NCBI GenBank assembly: GCA_964016885.1
Contig: OZ024741.1
Coordinates: 358,918,001 to 358,982,000 of the forward strand
Reading direction: 5' to 3'
Length of the DNA stretch: 64,000 nucleotides
Origin: Eledone cirrhosa
Taxonomy: Eukaryota
Both the position numbers and the translations under genes were made by a program. Shown here piece by piece: positions 49,248-63,490 of the stretch. A model generated the notes under the pieces. That model was not told the origin of the DNA, searched no databases, and saw only the letters and a list, made by a program, of their open reading frames with translations. Positions within the stretch are counted from its first letter, which is position 1. Each line of letters starts with the position of its first letter.

Positions 49248-49769
49248 CTACATACATACATATACATATATATATACATATATATTTATAGATATATATA
49301 TATATATACATACATACATACATATATAAATACACACACACATAAATAGTAAAGATGAAATGTTAGATGGTTTATATTTCTAGCACAAGTTTCTACAAAA
49401 AAAACTGACCAGAAAAATATAAAGGAAAAAACAAAATTAGTGAAAAACCTTGCTCAAGCTTTATTCTTCACAGAGATGTATCTACATATTTGATATCCAT
49501 TCTGCTCAAGCACTGTCAGTGAAATGGCATCCTTATATCACAACAATTACATACCATGAAAAACAATGTACCTCTATTAATAACCATGAAAAACAAATAC
49601 TAAGAGTCAGATGTCTTAGTGATGGATTGTGCAATGGTGGTGATGAGATCTAAATGACCAACTAACTGGACAGTGATCAAGTCCCTATCAAATCTTGTAC
49701 TTTTATAATAAGAAATTGGCTGACATGTGTGCTAAGTGTACTACTTATGCCAGATGTGCTAATTCTTAC

Positions 49770-49838
49770 CTTAGCAATATTATTATGATTTTCAGTCATA
49801 TTTAATCCAGATGAAAAAGTGGAATGAAAATCTATATT
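49770..49838 (-). CDS. Candidate 69-nt phase-0 exon (NIDFHSTFSSGLNMTENHNNIAK)
   Basis: TTTTATTTTCAG acceptor, AAG|GTAAGA donor, open frame. Confidence 0.5.
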
Positions 49839-49879
49839 CTGAAAATAAAAAAGGTCACAATGACCAGCCTATAGGATTA

Positions 49880-51910
49880 ATGATTTCTAGTATAGGCCAG
49901 TAATTTGGTGGGAGGTGAAAGTCGATTAAATCGACCCCAGTAGGTTACTGGTGCTTTATTTTATCGACCCTGTAAGAATGAAAAGCAAAATTAACCTTGG
50001 CGGGATTTGAATTCAAAATGTAAAGGTCCGTAACTCTATGCCGCTAAGCATGTTGTCCGACACTCTACCGATTCTGCCAATCCGCCGCCCTAGAATTAAT
50101 GATTACAATATCAGTAATGGTTTCATATTCAGGTACAAGGCCAGCCATTTTTTTTTCAGCCCCAGTTTTTTTACTGGTACTATATTTTATCAAACTTAGA
50201 AGGATGAAATGCAAAATTTACCTTGGTAGAATTTGAACTCAGAATGTAAAGACTGGGAACAAATGCCACAAAGCATTTTGTCCAATGCTCAAATGATTCT
50301 ACAAATTCACTTCCCCTATAACAACAACATAATAATAATAATTGTTTCTACTTTAGGCACAAGGCCAGCAATTACCCAGTGCATTACTGGTACTTTATTT
50401 TATCGACCCCCGTAAGGATGAAAGGCAAAGTCAACCTCGGCGGGATTTGAACTCAGAATGGCAAGGGCCGTAACTCTATGCGTCAAAGCATGGTGTCCGA
50501 CCCTCTACTGATACTGCCAATTCACTTCTGATTTAGGCACAAAGCCAGCAATTTTTGGAGGAAGGAAGAGTCAAATAAATCAACCCCAGTTCGTTACTGG
50601 CACTTTATTTTATCAACCCCATAAGGATGAAAGGCAAAGCTAACCTCAGCAGAATTTGAACTCAGAACATAAAGGGCTGTAACTCTATACCAAAAAGGAT
50701 CTTGTCGGACACTCTACTGATACTGCCAATCTGCATATAACCATGGATTTCTAACAGTGAGGTATAGTTAACGAATTTGACCCAATTGTATATTTCTTTA
50801 CTGCTTAGTCAGGTAGGAAGGAGCAATACCTATGACTTTTCTCAGGAACCCTAAGACAGGTGGGAAGGAGTGAGGATGATAATGGAGAATGCTTGTAACA
50901 GAATGGTCTTCATTAGAAATAACCTAAAGCCAGGTGGAGGTGTGAAACCAGGCAACAAGTTATGTCTACCATCCATACAGGCCAAAGTAGGATTTGAACT
51001 CAAAGTGCAGAGTCAGAACAATTACCACAACACATCTTATCCAATACTCTACAACTGCACTAGTCCAATGTCCTGGATGGCTACTTTATTTTATTGATTC
51101 TCAACTTATCCAATGCTTTACAATTCCACTAATCCACCATCCTCGACTGTTGCTTTATATTATTGACCCTTCATGTGGATGAAAGACAAAATTGACTTCA
51201 GAAGGATTTGAATTCATAGATTAGAGAGTTGAAACAAATACTGGATGTCATTGTGTCCTATGATCTAATGACTTTGCCAACTGACTGCTTTGGTACTTTA
51301 TTAATTTATGAGGCCCAAATCTGGTGGACAAATTGTTTCTTATACTGGAAAAAGCAACACATTTTGAAGAGGGGTATAATCAATTGAATGATATAATCAA
51401 TCAAATCATCCCTAGTACTTGGTTAATATATATTTCATCAACCCCAGAAGAAGGAAAAGCAAAATCAAATTGGAATGTATTTGAATTCAGAATGTAACTA
51501 AATATTCTGAGACATTTTATCCAGTTCTCTATTAAACCTGTTACACTTCCAATCTACAAATAATATTTATTTCTTACATAGGGACTAGGCCATTTACAAT
51601 ATGGGAGGTTCAATTGTTTATATTGATACCAGTGTTTAACTAGTACTTTCATTAATGATTCCCATGAGGATAAATAAAAGAATAAAGTTGACATTGTTAG
51701 GATTTGAATTCAGAAGATTAAAGGTTCCTAATTAAAAACCATTAAGTATTTGGTCTGACATTCTAACAATCCTGATAATCCAAAATTCTTCTACAGGGAG
51801 GATTGTAATCAAATAAATCAACCTCAGTATATGACTGGTACATAATCTTATCTATCCTAAATGGACAAACGACAGAGTCAACCTCTGAATTGCCTCAGAA
51901 CATAAAAGAA
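49880..51910 (-). mobile_element. Cluster of about 9 old tRNA-derived SINE copies
   Basis: Recurrent ATCGACCCCAGT...GGATGAAAGGCAAAGTCAACCTCGGCGGGATTTGAACTCAGAA (B box on minus); more copies near 52.7-53.3, 54.3 and 62.0 kb. Confidence 0.8.
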
Positions 51911-52157
51911 CATAACAAAACAACATATCACTTCTCATTACAGAAATTTTTTTTTTCTTTTGATAATTAGTTAATAGGAGAGAAAACCACTTTAAAAAAA
52001 TCAATTATTGAACTTTAGAAGTGAACAAGACATAATTTTTGTTTGCACATAAAAAAAAAAGATAAGTGAAAGAATCAAAACAAACAGGAACTAATGTCAA
52101 ATAATAGCAACAAAAACAAGATTTAGATAAGAAAAAATGTGATAAAAGTTGAAGTGC

Positions 52158-52203
<46 letters not shown>

Positions 52204-52216
52204 ATACAGAAACGAA

Positions 52217-52249
<33 letters not shown>

Positions 52250-53470
52250 CATACACACACACACACATCGTTTAGTCAGAAGCACAAATATTACACAATA
52301 TTTACAATACATGCTGTTTCATGCACATTTTATTTTGCATTAATGCAAAACAAATAACTGCATTCTTCAGTTGGGCACACCTCTTTCCTTCATCTTATGC
52401 TACATATATAGTTTAATCTGAAGCAGGAATATCATACTGTATGAGATGAAGGAAAGCAGTGTACACAAAACAAAATGTATAGTAGAAATGGTGTGATATT
52501 TGTACTTTAGACTAAACTGCATCTAATATTTGTGCTTTTGACTAAACAGCAATGAGTGCTGTCTGTGTGTGAGTGCTTTTAGAATAGTTGATTCTGATAA
52601 TGACACTCAAGGGCCACATGATATTTTTTAATTAGGCAATGCATTAAATCTACCACCCATGTAAACGACAGTGGAATTTGAAATCAAAACACAAAGAGGG
52701 GAAACAAATATTGGAAGACAACTCTATTATCACTCTAATAATACAGTAAATTCACTGCTCTGGACTGATTCTTTATTTAATCAACCACAAAAGAATGAAA
52801 AGCAAAGTAGATCTTGGTGGGATTTGAACTCAGAATGCAGAAAGCTGGAGCAAATACCATTCTGTCCTATGCTCTATTGACTGCCACTTTGCCACCAATT
52901 TTTGGAAGTAAAACTGATAAAAGTACGCAGTTAAAAGAAAAGAAAGAGCTGACTGGCTAGATCAAACTAAGGAAACAATGCTTCCATGGGTCTTTCCATG
53001 GTTAATGCTGCCAGCTACAACTCCTGATAGAAAGAAGCAGGATTTGAACTCAGAAAACAAACAGCTGGATCAGATACCACAAATCATTCTGTTTGACTCT
53101 TTCACAATTCTGCCAATCAACTGTCCCAAGACTTGTATTTTATTTATTAACTCAGAAAGGATGAAAAGCAATGTTGACTGTATCAGGATTTGAACTCAGG
53201 AAACACAGAGCCAGGAACAAATACTGAGGTATTTAATCTGATGCCCTAATGAGACTGCTAATTTGCCATCTATTAGGTGCACAAATATAAACTCTAAAAA
53301 TAAACATGGAAGAAATATTAGTTTGAATTCCACTTCAGTTGCAGGCATAGGAAAAAAATGTTAATGATGATTTAAAAAAAAAAAATTGTAATTTCAGGTA
53401 GGTGACAGGTAATTGGTGTTGATTAAGGCAGCATTATGATTCTTTGCTTAAGGCTGTGCCAATTTCTTAC

Positions 53471-53533
53471 CTGTTCATTTGCATTATATTCTTTTGACTT
53501 GCTTTGAGATAACAGTGATAAAATGTCTAGATT
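53471..53533 (-). CDS. Candidate 63-nt phase-0 exon (NLDILSLLSQSKSKEYNANEQ)
   Basis: TACTAAT branch-like motif, TTTCAG acceptor, CAG|GTAAGA donor, open frame. Confidence 0.5.
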
Positions 53534-55576
53534 CTGAAATAATTAGTAAATACAGTGCTTGTAAAAGTATAAGACATGGCTTCTAAGAAATAAAGTAAAA
53601 TAGCAGTTGAATGGAATAAAAATGAATGGAGCAAGTATAGATGAAGAGGAAACACCAAGAGCATAAGTCATTGATAAAAACTGTGATGAAAGGACTTTCT
53701 CAATTAATTAATCAACTGATAAACCAATAGACTGATGGATTAATTACTCGATTAATAAACTAAAGTGAAAACTCAACAGGTGCATGTGTTTTAATTGGCA
53801 GCATTCCCCTCTCAAAGAACAATCTTTTCAGATTGTAAATTTAATAAATATAAATTTTTCAATGTTTAAAGGTTTGAAATGAATGGGTATAAATATTATA
53901 TACAAAAAGGAGATGGTACAGAATGGTGATTGATGACTGGTGATTCAGTATGCTAGAAAAGACCAGTACAAGCACAGCAATGTTAAATGTAAATGCAGTA
54001 AAGGATCTGAGACTGTATGAAGTGAAGAGGTCCCTTCTTCACCAGTGGATGAGACAGGCTGATGAACAAACTGAGTCAATATAGGGCATACATGTATGGT
54101 TCTGTAACTCCTGAAGGAATCATAGGGGTGCCATATTGACATACAGCATTTCTAGGGCATTTTTTAAACCCGACAGAGCCCATCTTCAGGCCTAAGTAAG
54201 CAGATTTCTTCCAGAAAAGGATATAGCATAGTGAGTGAGAGAATGGAAATGAGAAAGAGATATAGAGGAAGAATCGACCCCAGTATGAGACTGGAACCAT
54301 TTTTTTTATCAACCTCAAATGGATGAAAGGCAAAGTTGACCATGGCGGGATTAGAACTCAGAGAGCTGAAATGAATACTACAAAGCATTCTATCTGATGT
54401 TCTACCAACTCTGCCAATTTGCCACCACCTCAATATAGAGTATAGAGGACCCTTTACTTTTGTCAAAGATCTGACAATCTCTCTAGTGCTGCAACAATGA
54501 TAAAAATGCATCCAATGAACATTGATGATGGTTGTAATTTTAAGATTGCAAATTTTTATAAATTTAATTCTTTGGATGTTTAAATATTTGAGATGAGTTG
54601 GTATAAAGATTATCATTTAAAAATTCTAAATGACAATAGAAAAATTTGACTTCAGCAAGATTTGATCTTAGAGCCCAGAGAGCTGGAACAAATGCTTCAA
54701 CTCAAGTGTGCTGGTGACATGATAGAATGCACCCATCACACATTGTAAAGTGGCAATGCTCGTACCATAATAAAATGTTCCCAGTGCACATTATAAGGTG
54801 GTAGTACTGATGCCACAATAAAATACTCTCAGTACAAGCTCAAGTGGTACACTGCTTCCATGATAGAATGCACCCAGTACACTCTGTAAAGTGGTTGGTG
54901 TTAAGAAAGACATGCTAATGCAAAAACCATGCTGAAATATGGAACATATGAGCCAACACAGCTTGTCTCAGAACCATGAACTGTTCAACCCATGTCAGCA
55001 TGGAAAACAGACAAAACTAATGATGATGAAAATGATAATCACTCACAAGGGTCATACATATGCAACATACTGTTGCATATGTGGGGTACAAAAGGCATGT
55101 TTTTTTAAAGAAAATACATTGTTTTTTCATTAAAAAAAAGAAGTGTTTATGCTCACACATTGCATGTTATGTGCAAGAAATTTTCTCTACAGAGAAAATA
55201 TTAACCAATAAATTATATTTCACAATATTGCAGAATTTTAAAAATATCAGAATTATTTGATATTTTACAAAAAACACTCATTTGCTCATTGCCTAATTTA
55301 ATTCAAGTTGTTATGGTGCAGTGAGTGACAAAAGGCAGTTTATTGCTCTCTAAACAGTCATAATATTCTTAAAATTTAAGCTATTTGACACATACTCACA
55401 TGTTGGGGGAAGAGGGGGTGAATCAGATAAATATATTTGTGCTCATAAGGCAGTGTTTGCTCATTGCTGGGTTTACGTAAAATTGTTATGGTGTAGTGAG
55501 TGACAAAAGGCAGTTTATTGCACCCGAAAAGGTTACAATATTCTCAACAATTTTAAGTCAACTGACCCATACTCAC

Positions 55577-55894
55577 ATGTTTAGGTGTACAGTCAAAGGA
55601 ATTTTCACTGAATGTGAAAGAACCTCGACTTAATGATGAAATTTCACTTTCAAATTGAGCTGCAACATGAGAGTATTTCTCCCATTTCTCTGACAATATA
55701 TGTTGAAACTTTTTTATTATTGATTCTGATTTGGGATCATCCATATCTATTGCTGCCAAAAGGTGAGCTAGAGTTTCAAATTTTGGTTTTGGGTTGTAAC
55801 TGTTGCAATGATTACGATCAGGGCAAAGGTCAAGTTGTTTTGTTTTTGTTTGGTAAAATGTATCTTGCTGATTAATACACAGAAGTGTTGCAAC
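55577..55894 (-). CDS. Candidate 318-nt phase-0 exon (VATLLCINQQ...SFDCTPKH)
   Basis: ACAG acceptor, CAT|GTGAGT donor, 106 open codons in AT-rich DNA. Confidence 0.55.
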
Positions 55895-56038
55895 CTGTCA
55901 CATGGAAATGTTGACATTTATAGAAATAAGAACCTCAGAGTTACAATAAGAAAATCTTCAACCACAAATAATTGGTTGATGAATTCAAAGGTAGGTTGAT
56001 ACGAATAAGGAAAGATATTTTCAAAGGTAACTTGTTAA

Positions 56039-56255
56039 CCCTTTCATAATCATATATTAAACTCCTTTGCTATCATATTTGTATTGACAGACATTGCCTA
56101 TGATTTTCAATTGATTTTAAAAGTAATCAAGAATTTATAAGTTAAATAAGGAGAAAATTATTTATATTGCTAAATCCCTCTAAATTCTTGATTATTTTCA
56201 ATATTATTTGAAAAATCATAAGCAGTCTTTCATTAGAAATATGATAACGAAAGGG
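56039..56255. mobile_element. piggyBac-like MITE
   Basis: TTAA flanks; TIRs CCCTTTCATAATCATAT / ATATGATAACGAAAGGG. Confidence 0.7.
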
Positions 56256-56438
56256 TTAAAAATGACATTCCGACTGTAACACAAATGAAGGGATAAAAAA
56301 AAAACACACACACACAAAGGATAGACATTCATGATGAAATCATCTGGTTAATCATAGAACATTTAGTTTCAAAACACAATTGGTACAATGTAATTTCTAT
56401 ATAAAGACTCTCTCTCTCTCTCATATATATATATATAC

Positions 56439-57625
56439 CATCATCATCATCGTTTTACGTCCGTTCTTCCATGCTAGCATGGGTTAGACGGGTTGTCCTG
56501 TTGTGGGTAGTGGTGTCTGGTCGGCTGACTATGCCTTGCTCATACAGGAACTGATTTTGGCTTGATTTCTACAGCTGGATGCCCTTCCTAACACCAACCT
56601 CATTTACAGTGAGTGCTGGGTGCATTTTTCCGTGACGCCTACACGTCCACTTTACAGTGTGGGCTGGGTGCTTTTTTGCCGTGGCACCTCCACGACCACC
56701 TTGCAGTGGGAGGGTGTGGGGGCATATTGTCTATATGCTTCAGCTTGTACCCATGGGGGGTTGGGTACTCTGTATTACTGTGGGACGCCAGAGGTCACGG
56801 TCGTGTGTCATTGTCTTTGAGAGGTGTAATTGGGTAAGGTCGGCTTTTATCACCTCATCCCAGGTCTTCTTGGGTCTCCCCACTCCGCGGTTTCCATTGA
56901 CTTCTAGTGCTCTGCACCTTTTTATGCAGCTGTCATCCTTCATACGCATCACATGTCCATACCAACGCAACTGCCTCTCCTGCACACAGCATTTGATTCC
57001 TCTTATGCTCAATCTCTCAATTCATTTATGCTTTGTCGTTCGCGTATTACACATCTCTCGGAGCATGCAGGCTTCGTTTCTTTCTAATCTACGCAAGTCT
57101 TCCACAGTCAGCGCCCAGGTCTCACTACCATGCAACATTGCTGTTCGGATACACGCATTATACAGTCTGCCTTTCATTTTGAGGGAGAAGCCTTTTGCAG
57201 CTAGCAGTGGCAGTAGTTCCCTGAACTTCTTCCATCCCGTTCTTACCCTAGTTATTGTACTTTCTGAACACCCACCTCCGCTGCTAATTCGGTCACCTAG
57301 GTAGCAGAAGCTGTCTACTGTTTCTACAGAGCCCTCCCAGAGATTGGTGGTACTTGTTTGCTGTGGCTGTTTGCTGCTTGCTGTCCCAGCACAGCTGCTA
57401 CATGTGAAGCCTACATTCTTAATTAAGCTTCCTGAGATCCCGCTACATCTCTTGTGTACCCATTGTTTGCATTTGGGGCATTGTTTGCATTTGGCACCTT
57501 TCCTACATACTGAGCAAGGCCATTTCCCTGAGGGGATCTGGGTTCTGTTTTCTCGTCTACTTACAAGGACCTTAGTCTTTGTCATGTTGACTTTGAGACC
57601 CTTTCTTTCTAGTCTCTGCTTCCAA
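56439..57625 (-). mobile_element. RTE family A, 5'-truncated, with indels
   Basis: (ATC)n tail, UTR, family A coding sequence. Confidence 0.93.
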
Positions 57626-57657
<32 letters not shown>

Positions 57658-57663
57658 TAACAG

Positions 57664-59060
57664 TGCTATAACAGTGGAGTTCAAGACCGGCTGCCCATGG
57701 GAACTCCTATACGCAGATGATCTAACGCTCATAGCTGAATCAATGGCCGAACTAGAGAAGAAATTGCAAACATGGAAGCATGGCCTCGAATCAAAAGGCC
57801 TTAAAATTAACCTGTTTAAGACTAAAGTTCTAGTTTGTAGGAAGGAAAATAGGGCGCCGGTCCCATCTGGGAAATGGCCATGCTCAGTGTGTAGGAAAGG
57901 AGTAGGTAGAAACTCTATTTTATGTCCCAAATGCAAAGTATGGGTGCATAAAAGATGTAGTGGGATCACAGGTAAGCTAACTAAGAACATAGATTTTATA
58001 TGTGGCCGGTGCTCTGGTGCAATAAGTAGCAGCAAGTGCCCACAAAATACTAGCTCTTTCAATTGCACAGATGGTTCTATAGAAATAGTGGACAGCTTCC
58101 ACTACCTGGGTGACAAAATCAGCAGTGGGGGAGGGTGCTCTAAAAATACAGTAGCTAGAGTCAGAACTGGATGGAAAAAGTTCAGAGAGCTTATACCACT
58201 ATTAGCCGCTAAAGGGTTCTCCCTAAAAATGAAAGGCAGGCTGTATGATGCCTGCATACGAACAGCAATGTTGCATGGCAGTGAGACCTGGGCATTGTAT
58301 GCAGAGGATATATGCAGACTAGAGAGGAACGAAGCTTGCATGCTCCACTGGATGTGTAATAGTAATATACGTGAACAGGTAAGCATAAACAAACTAAGGG
58401 AAAAATTAGAAATAAGAGGGATCAGATGTTGTTTACTCGAGAGAAGGCTACATTGGTATGGTCACGTGATGCGCATGAAAGACGACAGCTGTATAAAAAA
58501 GTGCAGGGCAATAAAAATAGACGGTAGCCACGGAGTAGGCAGACCCAGAAAAACCTGGGATGACTTGATAAATTCCGACCTCACACACTTACACCTCTCC
58601 AAGACAATGTCACTGGACAGAGATCTTTGGTGCTACACAGTAATAGAGAAGACCCGCCTTACCTAAATACAAAGTAAAACCTACTACAGTCAGTAGGCAC
58701 CTCTAACAAAATACACCCCAGTCCCACTACCCCCACCCCATCCACACCACCCCTTTCAATGTAAAGTTATGTGGTACCACAACATCCAGGCTGAAACAAA
58801 TGAGGTCGTGTAGGTGTCACAACAAAAAAACACACAGTCCACGCTGTAATGTGGCCGTGTAGGTAACACGGTAAAAACCTCCCAGTTCCACACTGTAAAT
58901 GTGGTTGGTGTTAGGAAGGGCATCCAGCCGTAGAAAACCCGCCAGACAGTCCTATGCGATCAAGACAACTACTCTTGCCTCAAGTGGGAAAACTCCCGTC
59001 CAAACCCATGCAAGCGTGGAATATGGACGTTAAACGATGACGATTGTGATGATGATGATA
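57664..59060 (+). mobile_element. RTE family B, 5'-truncated
   Basis: [19 protein letters not shown] to IEKTRLT; UTR; tail. Confidence 0.95.
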
Positions 59061-59061
59061 T

Positions 59062-59285
59062 AAGGCGTGTGGCTGGGTGGTTAGAGAATTGGATTCACAA
59101 TCATGAGGTTGGTAGTTCGATTCCTAGATCGGGCGATGCATTATGTCCTTGAGCAAGACACTTTATTTCATGTTGCTCCTTCTACCTGGAGTTGCGACCA
59201 ATAGATAGTATTAGCAATTGGAAAGACCAATGGAAACATTGTTTCCTTGGTACGATTTGACTAAAGTCAATCGACTATTGATCGA
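59062..59285 (+). mobile_element. tRNA-derived SINE (same family as 46617)
   Basis: A/B boxes; colinear with 46617-46835. Confidence 0.85.
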
Positions 59286-59761
59286 TATATATATATAAAG
59301 GGTAAAGATGCCCTTTGGTCATGAATGACCATGGGATTTGTACCTCGAACTCACAACTTCATGATTGTAAGTCCGATGGTCTAACCACTATATAAAGGGA
59401 AAAAGGGGGCCAAGAAGAACTTTCAGTCATGCCATAGTACAGCAACCTATCTAGTGTTGGTGATCTACACGACAAACACACTCAGGACATGCTGTAAAGT
59501 GATTGGTCATAAGAAAACTTGCCAAAGGGCTGGGAGGACCCTCCGTTGTTTCAAAGATATGACAACTTCTCCTGTGCATTCAATAGAACAATAGACCATA
59601 CATAAGTGAGATGCAAATCCCTGGCCTGTCAGGAAGATCAGTAGCCCCACTTCAGTACTGACTTGGTCTATGTAGATTCATCCAACCCTTACTATCAAGG
59701 AAAGTGGATGTTAAAACAGTGATGATATATATATCATCACTGTATATATATATATATATAT

Positions 59762-60882
59762 ATCATCATCATTATCAACGTTTAACGTCCGTGTTCCACG
59801 CTTGCATGGGTTTCGACGGGGGTTTTACCACTTGAGGCAAGAGTGGTTGTCTTGCTCGTATAGGACTGTCTGGTGGGTTTTCTACAGCTGGATGCCCTTC
59901 CTAACACCAACCACATTTACAGTGTGGAACTGGCAGGTTTTTACCGTGTTACCTAAACGGCCACATTACAGCGTGGACTGTGTGTTTTTTTGTCGTGACA
60001 CCTACACGATCTCATTTGTTTCGGCCTGGATGTTGTGGCACCAACATAACTTTACATTGAAAGGGGCGGTGTGGATGGGGTGGGGGTGGTGGGACGGGGT
60101 GTATTTTGTTAGAGATGCCTACTGACTGTAGTAGGTTTTACTTTGTATTTAGGTAAGGTGGGTCTTCTCTATTACTGAGTACCGCCAAAGGTCTCAGTCC
60201 AGTGACATTGTCTTGGAGAGGTGTAAGTGTGTGAGGTCGGAATTTATCAGCTCGTCCCAGGTTTTTCGGGGTCTGCCTACTCCGTAGCTACCGTCTATCT
60301 TTATTGCCCTGCACTTTGTTATACAGCTGTCGTCTTTCATGCGCATCACGTGACCATACCAACGTAGCCTTCTCTCGAGTAAACAACATCTGATCCCTCT
60401 TATTTCTAATTTTTCCTTAGTTCGTTTATGCTTTGCCGTTCACGTATGTTACTATTACACATCCAGCAGAGCATGCAAGCTTCGTTCCTCTCTAGTCTGC
60501 GTATATCCTCTGCACACAATGCCCAGGTCTCACTTCCATGCAATATTGCTGTTCGTATGCAGGCATCATACAACCTGCCTTTCATTTTTAGGGAGAACCC
60601 TTTAGTGGCTAATAGTGGTATAAGCTCTCTGAACTTTTTCCATCCAGTTCTAACTCTAGCTACTGTACTTTCAGAGCACCCTCCCCCACTGCTGATTTTG
60701 TCACCCAGGTAACGGAAGCTGTCCACTATTTCTATCGAACCCTCTGCGCAATTGAAAGAGCTAGTATTTTGTGGGCACTTGCTGCTACTTATTGCACTAG
60801 AGCACCGGCCACATGTAAAATCTATATTCTTAGTTAGCTTACCTGTGATCCCACTACATCTTTTATGCACCCATACTTTGCA
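59762..60882 (-). mobile_element. RTE family B, 5'-truncated, frameshifted
   Basis: ORF 60406-60870, UTR, (ATC)n tail. Confidence 0.95.
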
Positions 60883-62296
60883 TATATATATATATATATA
60901 TATAATAAATATTTGCTCTAGGGTTCTTATATATTTGATATATATTTATCGACCCCTCTTTGGATTTTAGTCTTCACATTTATTACTATTACTCTGTGTG
61001 TGTGTGTGTGTGTGCGTGCGTGCGTGTGTAGTTCTTGCTCATCACTTCTCACTACCTTCCTTCACACACATTTATATATATACATATTTGAAATGTGTGC
61101 ATCCCAACACAAATGACTAAATAATAGTTGAGAATACAGGGTAAAGAACCTCTGGAAATGGAAAAAAGTTTACAGAGGAGCTTAGGAGGAACAGAACGTT
61201 ACATCGCTTGGATTTCAGGCATCTATGTATATATGTTTGTGTGTGTATATATATATATATATAAATCATAAATTAAAAAAAAAAGCAGTGTTGTATTCCA
61301 TTGTAAAATTTATTAAAAGAAGTAGAAATTTATTTTTGTTACAGCAAAATTGTACAATATTCTAGAAAATGAGACAGTAATTGGGAAATATAATCCAATT
61401 ATATTTCAGAAAATTTCAAATTATTAGTCAAATCAAAATTATAACTATAAATATAACTACAAACAGTTTTAACAGAAGCATTAACAGTATTAACAACAAC
61501 AACAACCTTGTTTTCTATCAGCAACGACAAAAACTGCAATAACAACTTGGTCTTTCATCAACAGCAATAACAAGAACCTTGTTTTCCATCAGCAGCAACA
61601 TCATCAAAAACAATAACAACTACACAAGTCATTGAAACAGTCTCTGTGGTTGCTTGACTTGCTAGCAAGAAAGAGAAGCAAAATCTCAGCTCAAACATGG
61701 CTGACCTACAGCTAAACTACAACAACAACAACCCTCTCTTCCACTGCCACCACCACTACCAACAACAACAACACAAACTGTCACAACAGTCTCTACATGG
61801 TTACTTGGCTTGCTAGCATGAAACAGCCAAATCTCCCTTAGATCACACCTTGATATGGTATGGTCCCGTAACTCCTGATAGAGTTGTAGGGACGCCATAT
61901 TGACATACTGCATTTTGGGGCCATTTTAAGACTGGTGGAGCCCATCCATTTCCATGCCTGAGTACAGCAGATTTCTTCCAGAGAGAGGAAGAATCAACCC
62001 CAGTGATAGACTGGTACTTTTTTTATCAACCTCAAAAGGCAAAGTTAACCTCAGCGGGATTTGAATTCAGAGAGCAGAGAGCTGGATCAAATACGATAAA
62101 GCATTCTATCCGATGTTCTAACTACTCTGCCAATTTGCTGCCTTATAGATCACATTTTACAGTCTTGAAAAGCAGGGAACACATTTTAGTTAATGTATTT
62201 ATAGATACTCTTATAAGGACAGGATGTTCCTGACTAAGACTTTTGATCATAGGTTTATCCCAAACCACATTTTTCAAAAGCAAACTCCTTAACTCT

Positions 62297-62438
62297 GGGC
62301 TGGATTAAGACCTTCTGAGGCCTTAAGAACTTAAAAAATTTCTTTCAGAATGATAAAAACAATTAATTTGAATAAAATGATGCCCCTCTTGATGCCCAAA
62401 GTATATGCTTATTTTGCTTAATGATCAATCTAGCCCTG
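62297..62438. mobile_element. Possible decayed MITE
   Basis: GGGCTGGATTAA ... TCAATCTAGCCC imperfect TIRs; followed by a 19-bp tandem repeat. Confidence 0.35.
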
Positions 62439-63335
62439 TCATAATCATACAGCCCTGTCATACTCATACAGCCCTGCCAGCTCTTACAAAGTACATTTTA
62501 AATAAGTGGATCAGAAAGCAGAAAGGTGCAAGGATCTTCCAGGCCTTTGTTTAATCGCTGTTTTGGAAATTATTTTTACTAGTTGTTTAACACCAGATCT
62601 GTTCTAAACTTTTTAGTATAGTACATAGTATCGGAGCTATGACCTCTCAATTTGAAGAAATAGCGGTTCTACCTGGACTGACCCTCTGATCTCCGAGCTA
62701 TGCACTCTATTGAGTAACGTTACCTTCGGAGGAACCCCATTTCGGCTGCTTGTATCCGCAATTGTATTCTTTCGGTCTTGGTAGTGAAAATGATTAGAAC
62801 CACCGGCTTACAATGTTACCAAGTCCAGATCTGACCATCAATATATTCGAGTGTCCATGGGGTACAGCTGAGATGTACCATCCAACCAAAGGTGTACAGT
62901 TTGCCCACTCCACATTTCTCCCCCACCCTTCTTTATTTTTTCTTGATCCTCCTTTTTCCATCTTTTTTTCTCCCTCCCTATTTGTAAATATCATCACTGT
63001 CATCAATTGTTCTCCCTGTTATGGGTTTGACTAAATGGTTAGACTAAAATATAAATAACTGAGATATATCAATAGCTTTGATTTAAAACTGGCTTGGTCT
63101 GTCCAACCAACTCTAGCTGACAGTGAAAATGCATGTTAAATATTGATGATGATGATGATATATAAACACAAACAAAGAAGGCAAATGTATTCTGTTTTCT
63201 TCCTTTTTTTTCATATATAAGAAGATATTGTTAGTGTTTTCATGTTGCCATCAATCCTGCAATCTAAAGGAACTGAAAAACCAACAACAACACAAAAACA
63301 ATACATAAATTAAATAAGTAAATAGTTCTTCTTAC

Positions 63336-63490
63336 CTTATCAATTTGAACTCTTGTGGTCTTCTTGCGATATTCTGCTTCTGTGGGAAGGTTTTCCCATA
63401 ACCGATGTGATGAGTCGTACTTTTCTTTTAAACGAGGGAAATGTTCAAACATGTAATCAATGATGAAAACCTTGATACCCAGAGCTATTC
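63336..63490 (-). CDS. GRAMD4: Internal exon of a GRAM domain-containing protein 4-like gene
   Basis: TATTCAG acceptor, AAG|GTAAGA donor, 155 nt (phase 1 to 0); GIALGIKVFIIDYMFEHFPRLKEKYDSSHRLWENLPT resembles recalled human GRAMD4 GIKFFLIDFIFKRCPRLRAKYDTPYIIWRSLPT. Confidence 0.82.

Noticed and set aside
49880-50740. Regularly spaced repeats resembling a CRISPR array
   Set aside because: Diverged ~200-bp SINE copies in eukaryotic DNA; no cas genes
54058-54080. CTGATGA motif
   Set aside because: No stem II or downstream GAAA/NUH
57022-58666. Apparent 348-aa and 440-aa bidirectional ORFs
   Set aside because: Chance read-through between two head-to-head truncated RTEs across a short TA tract
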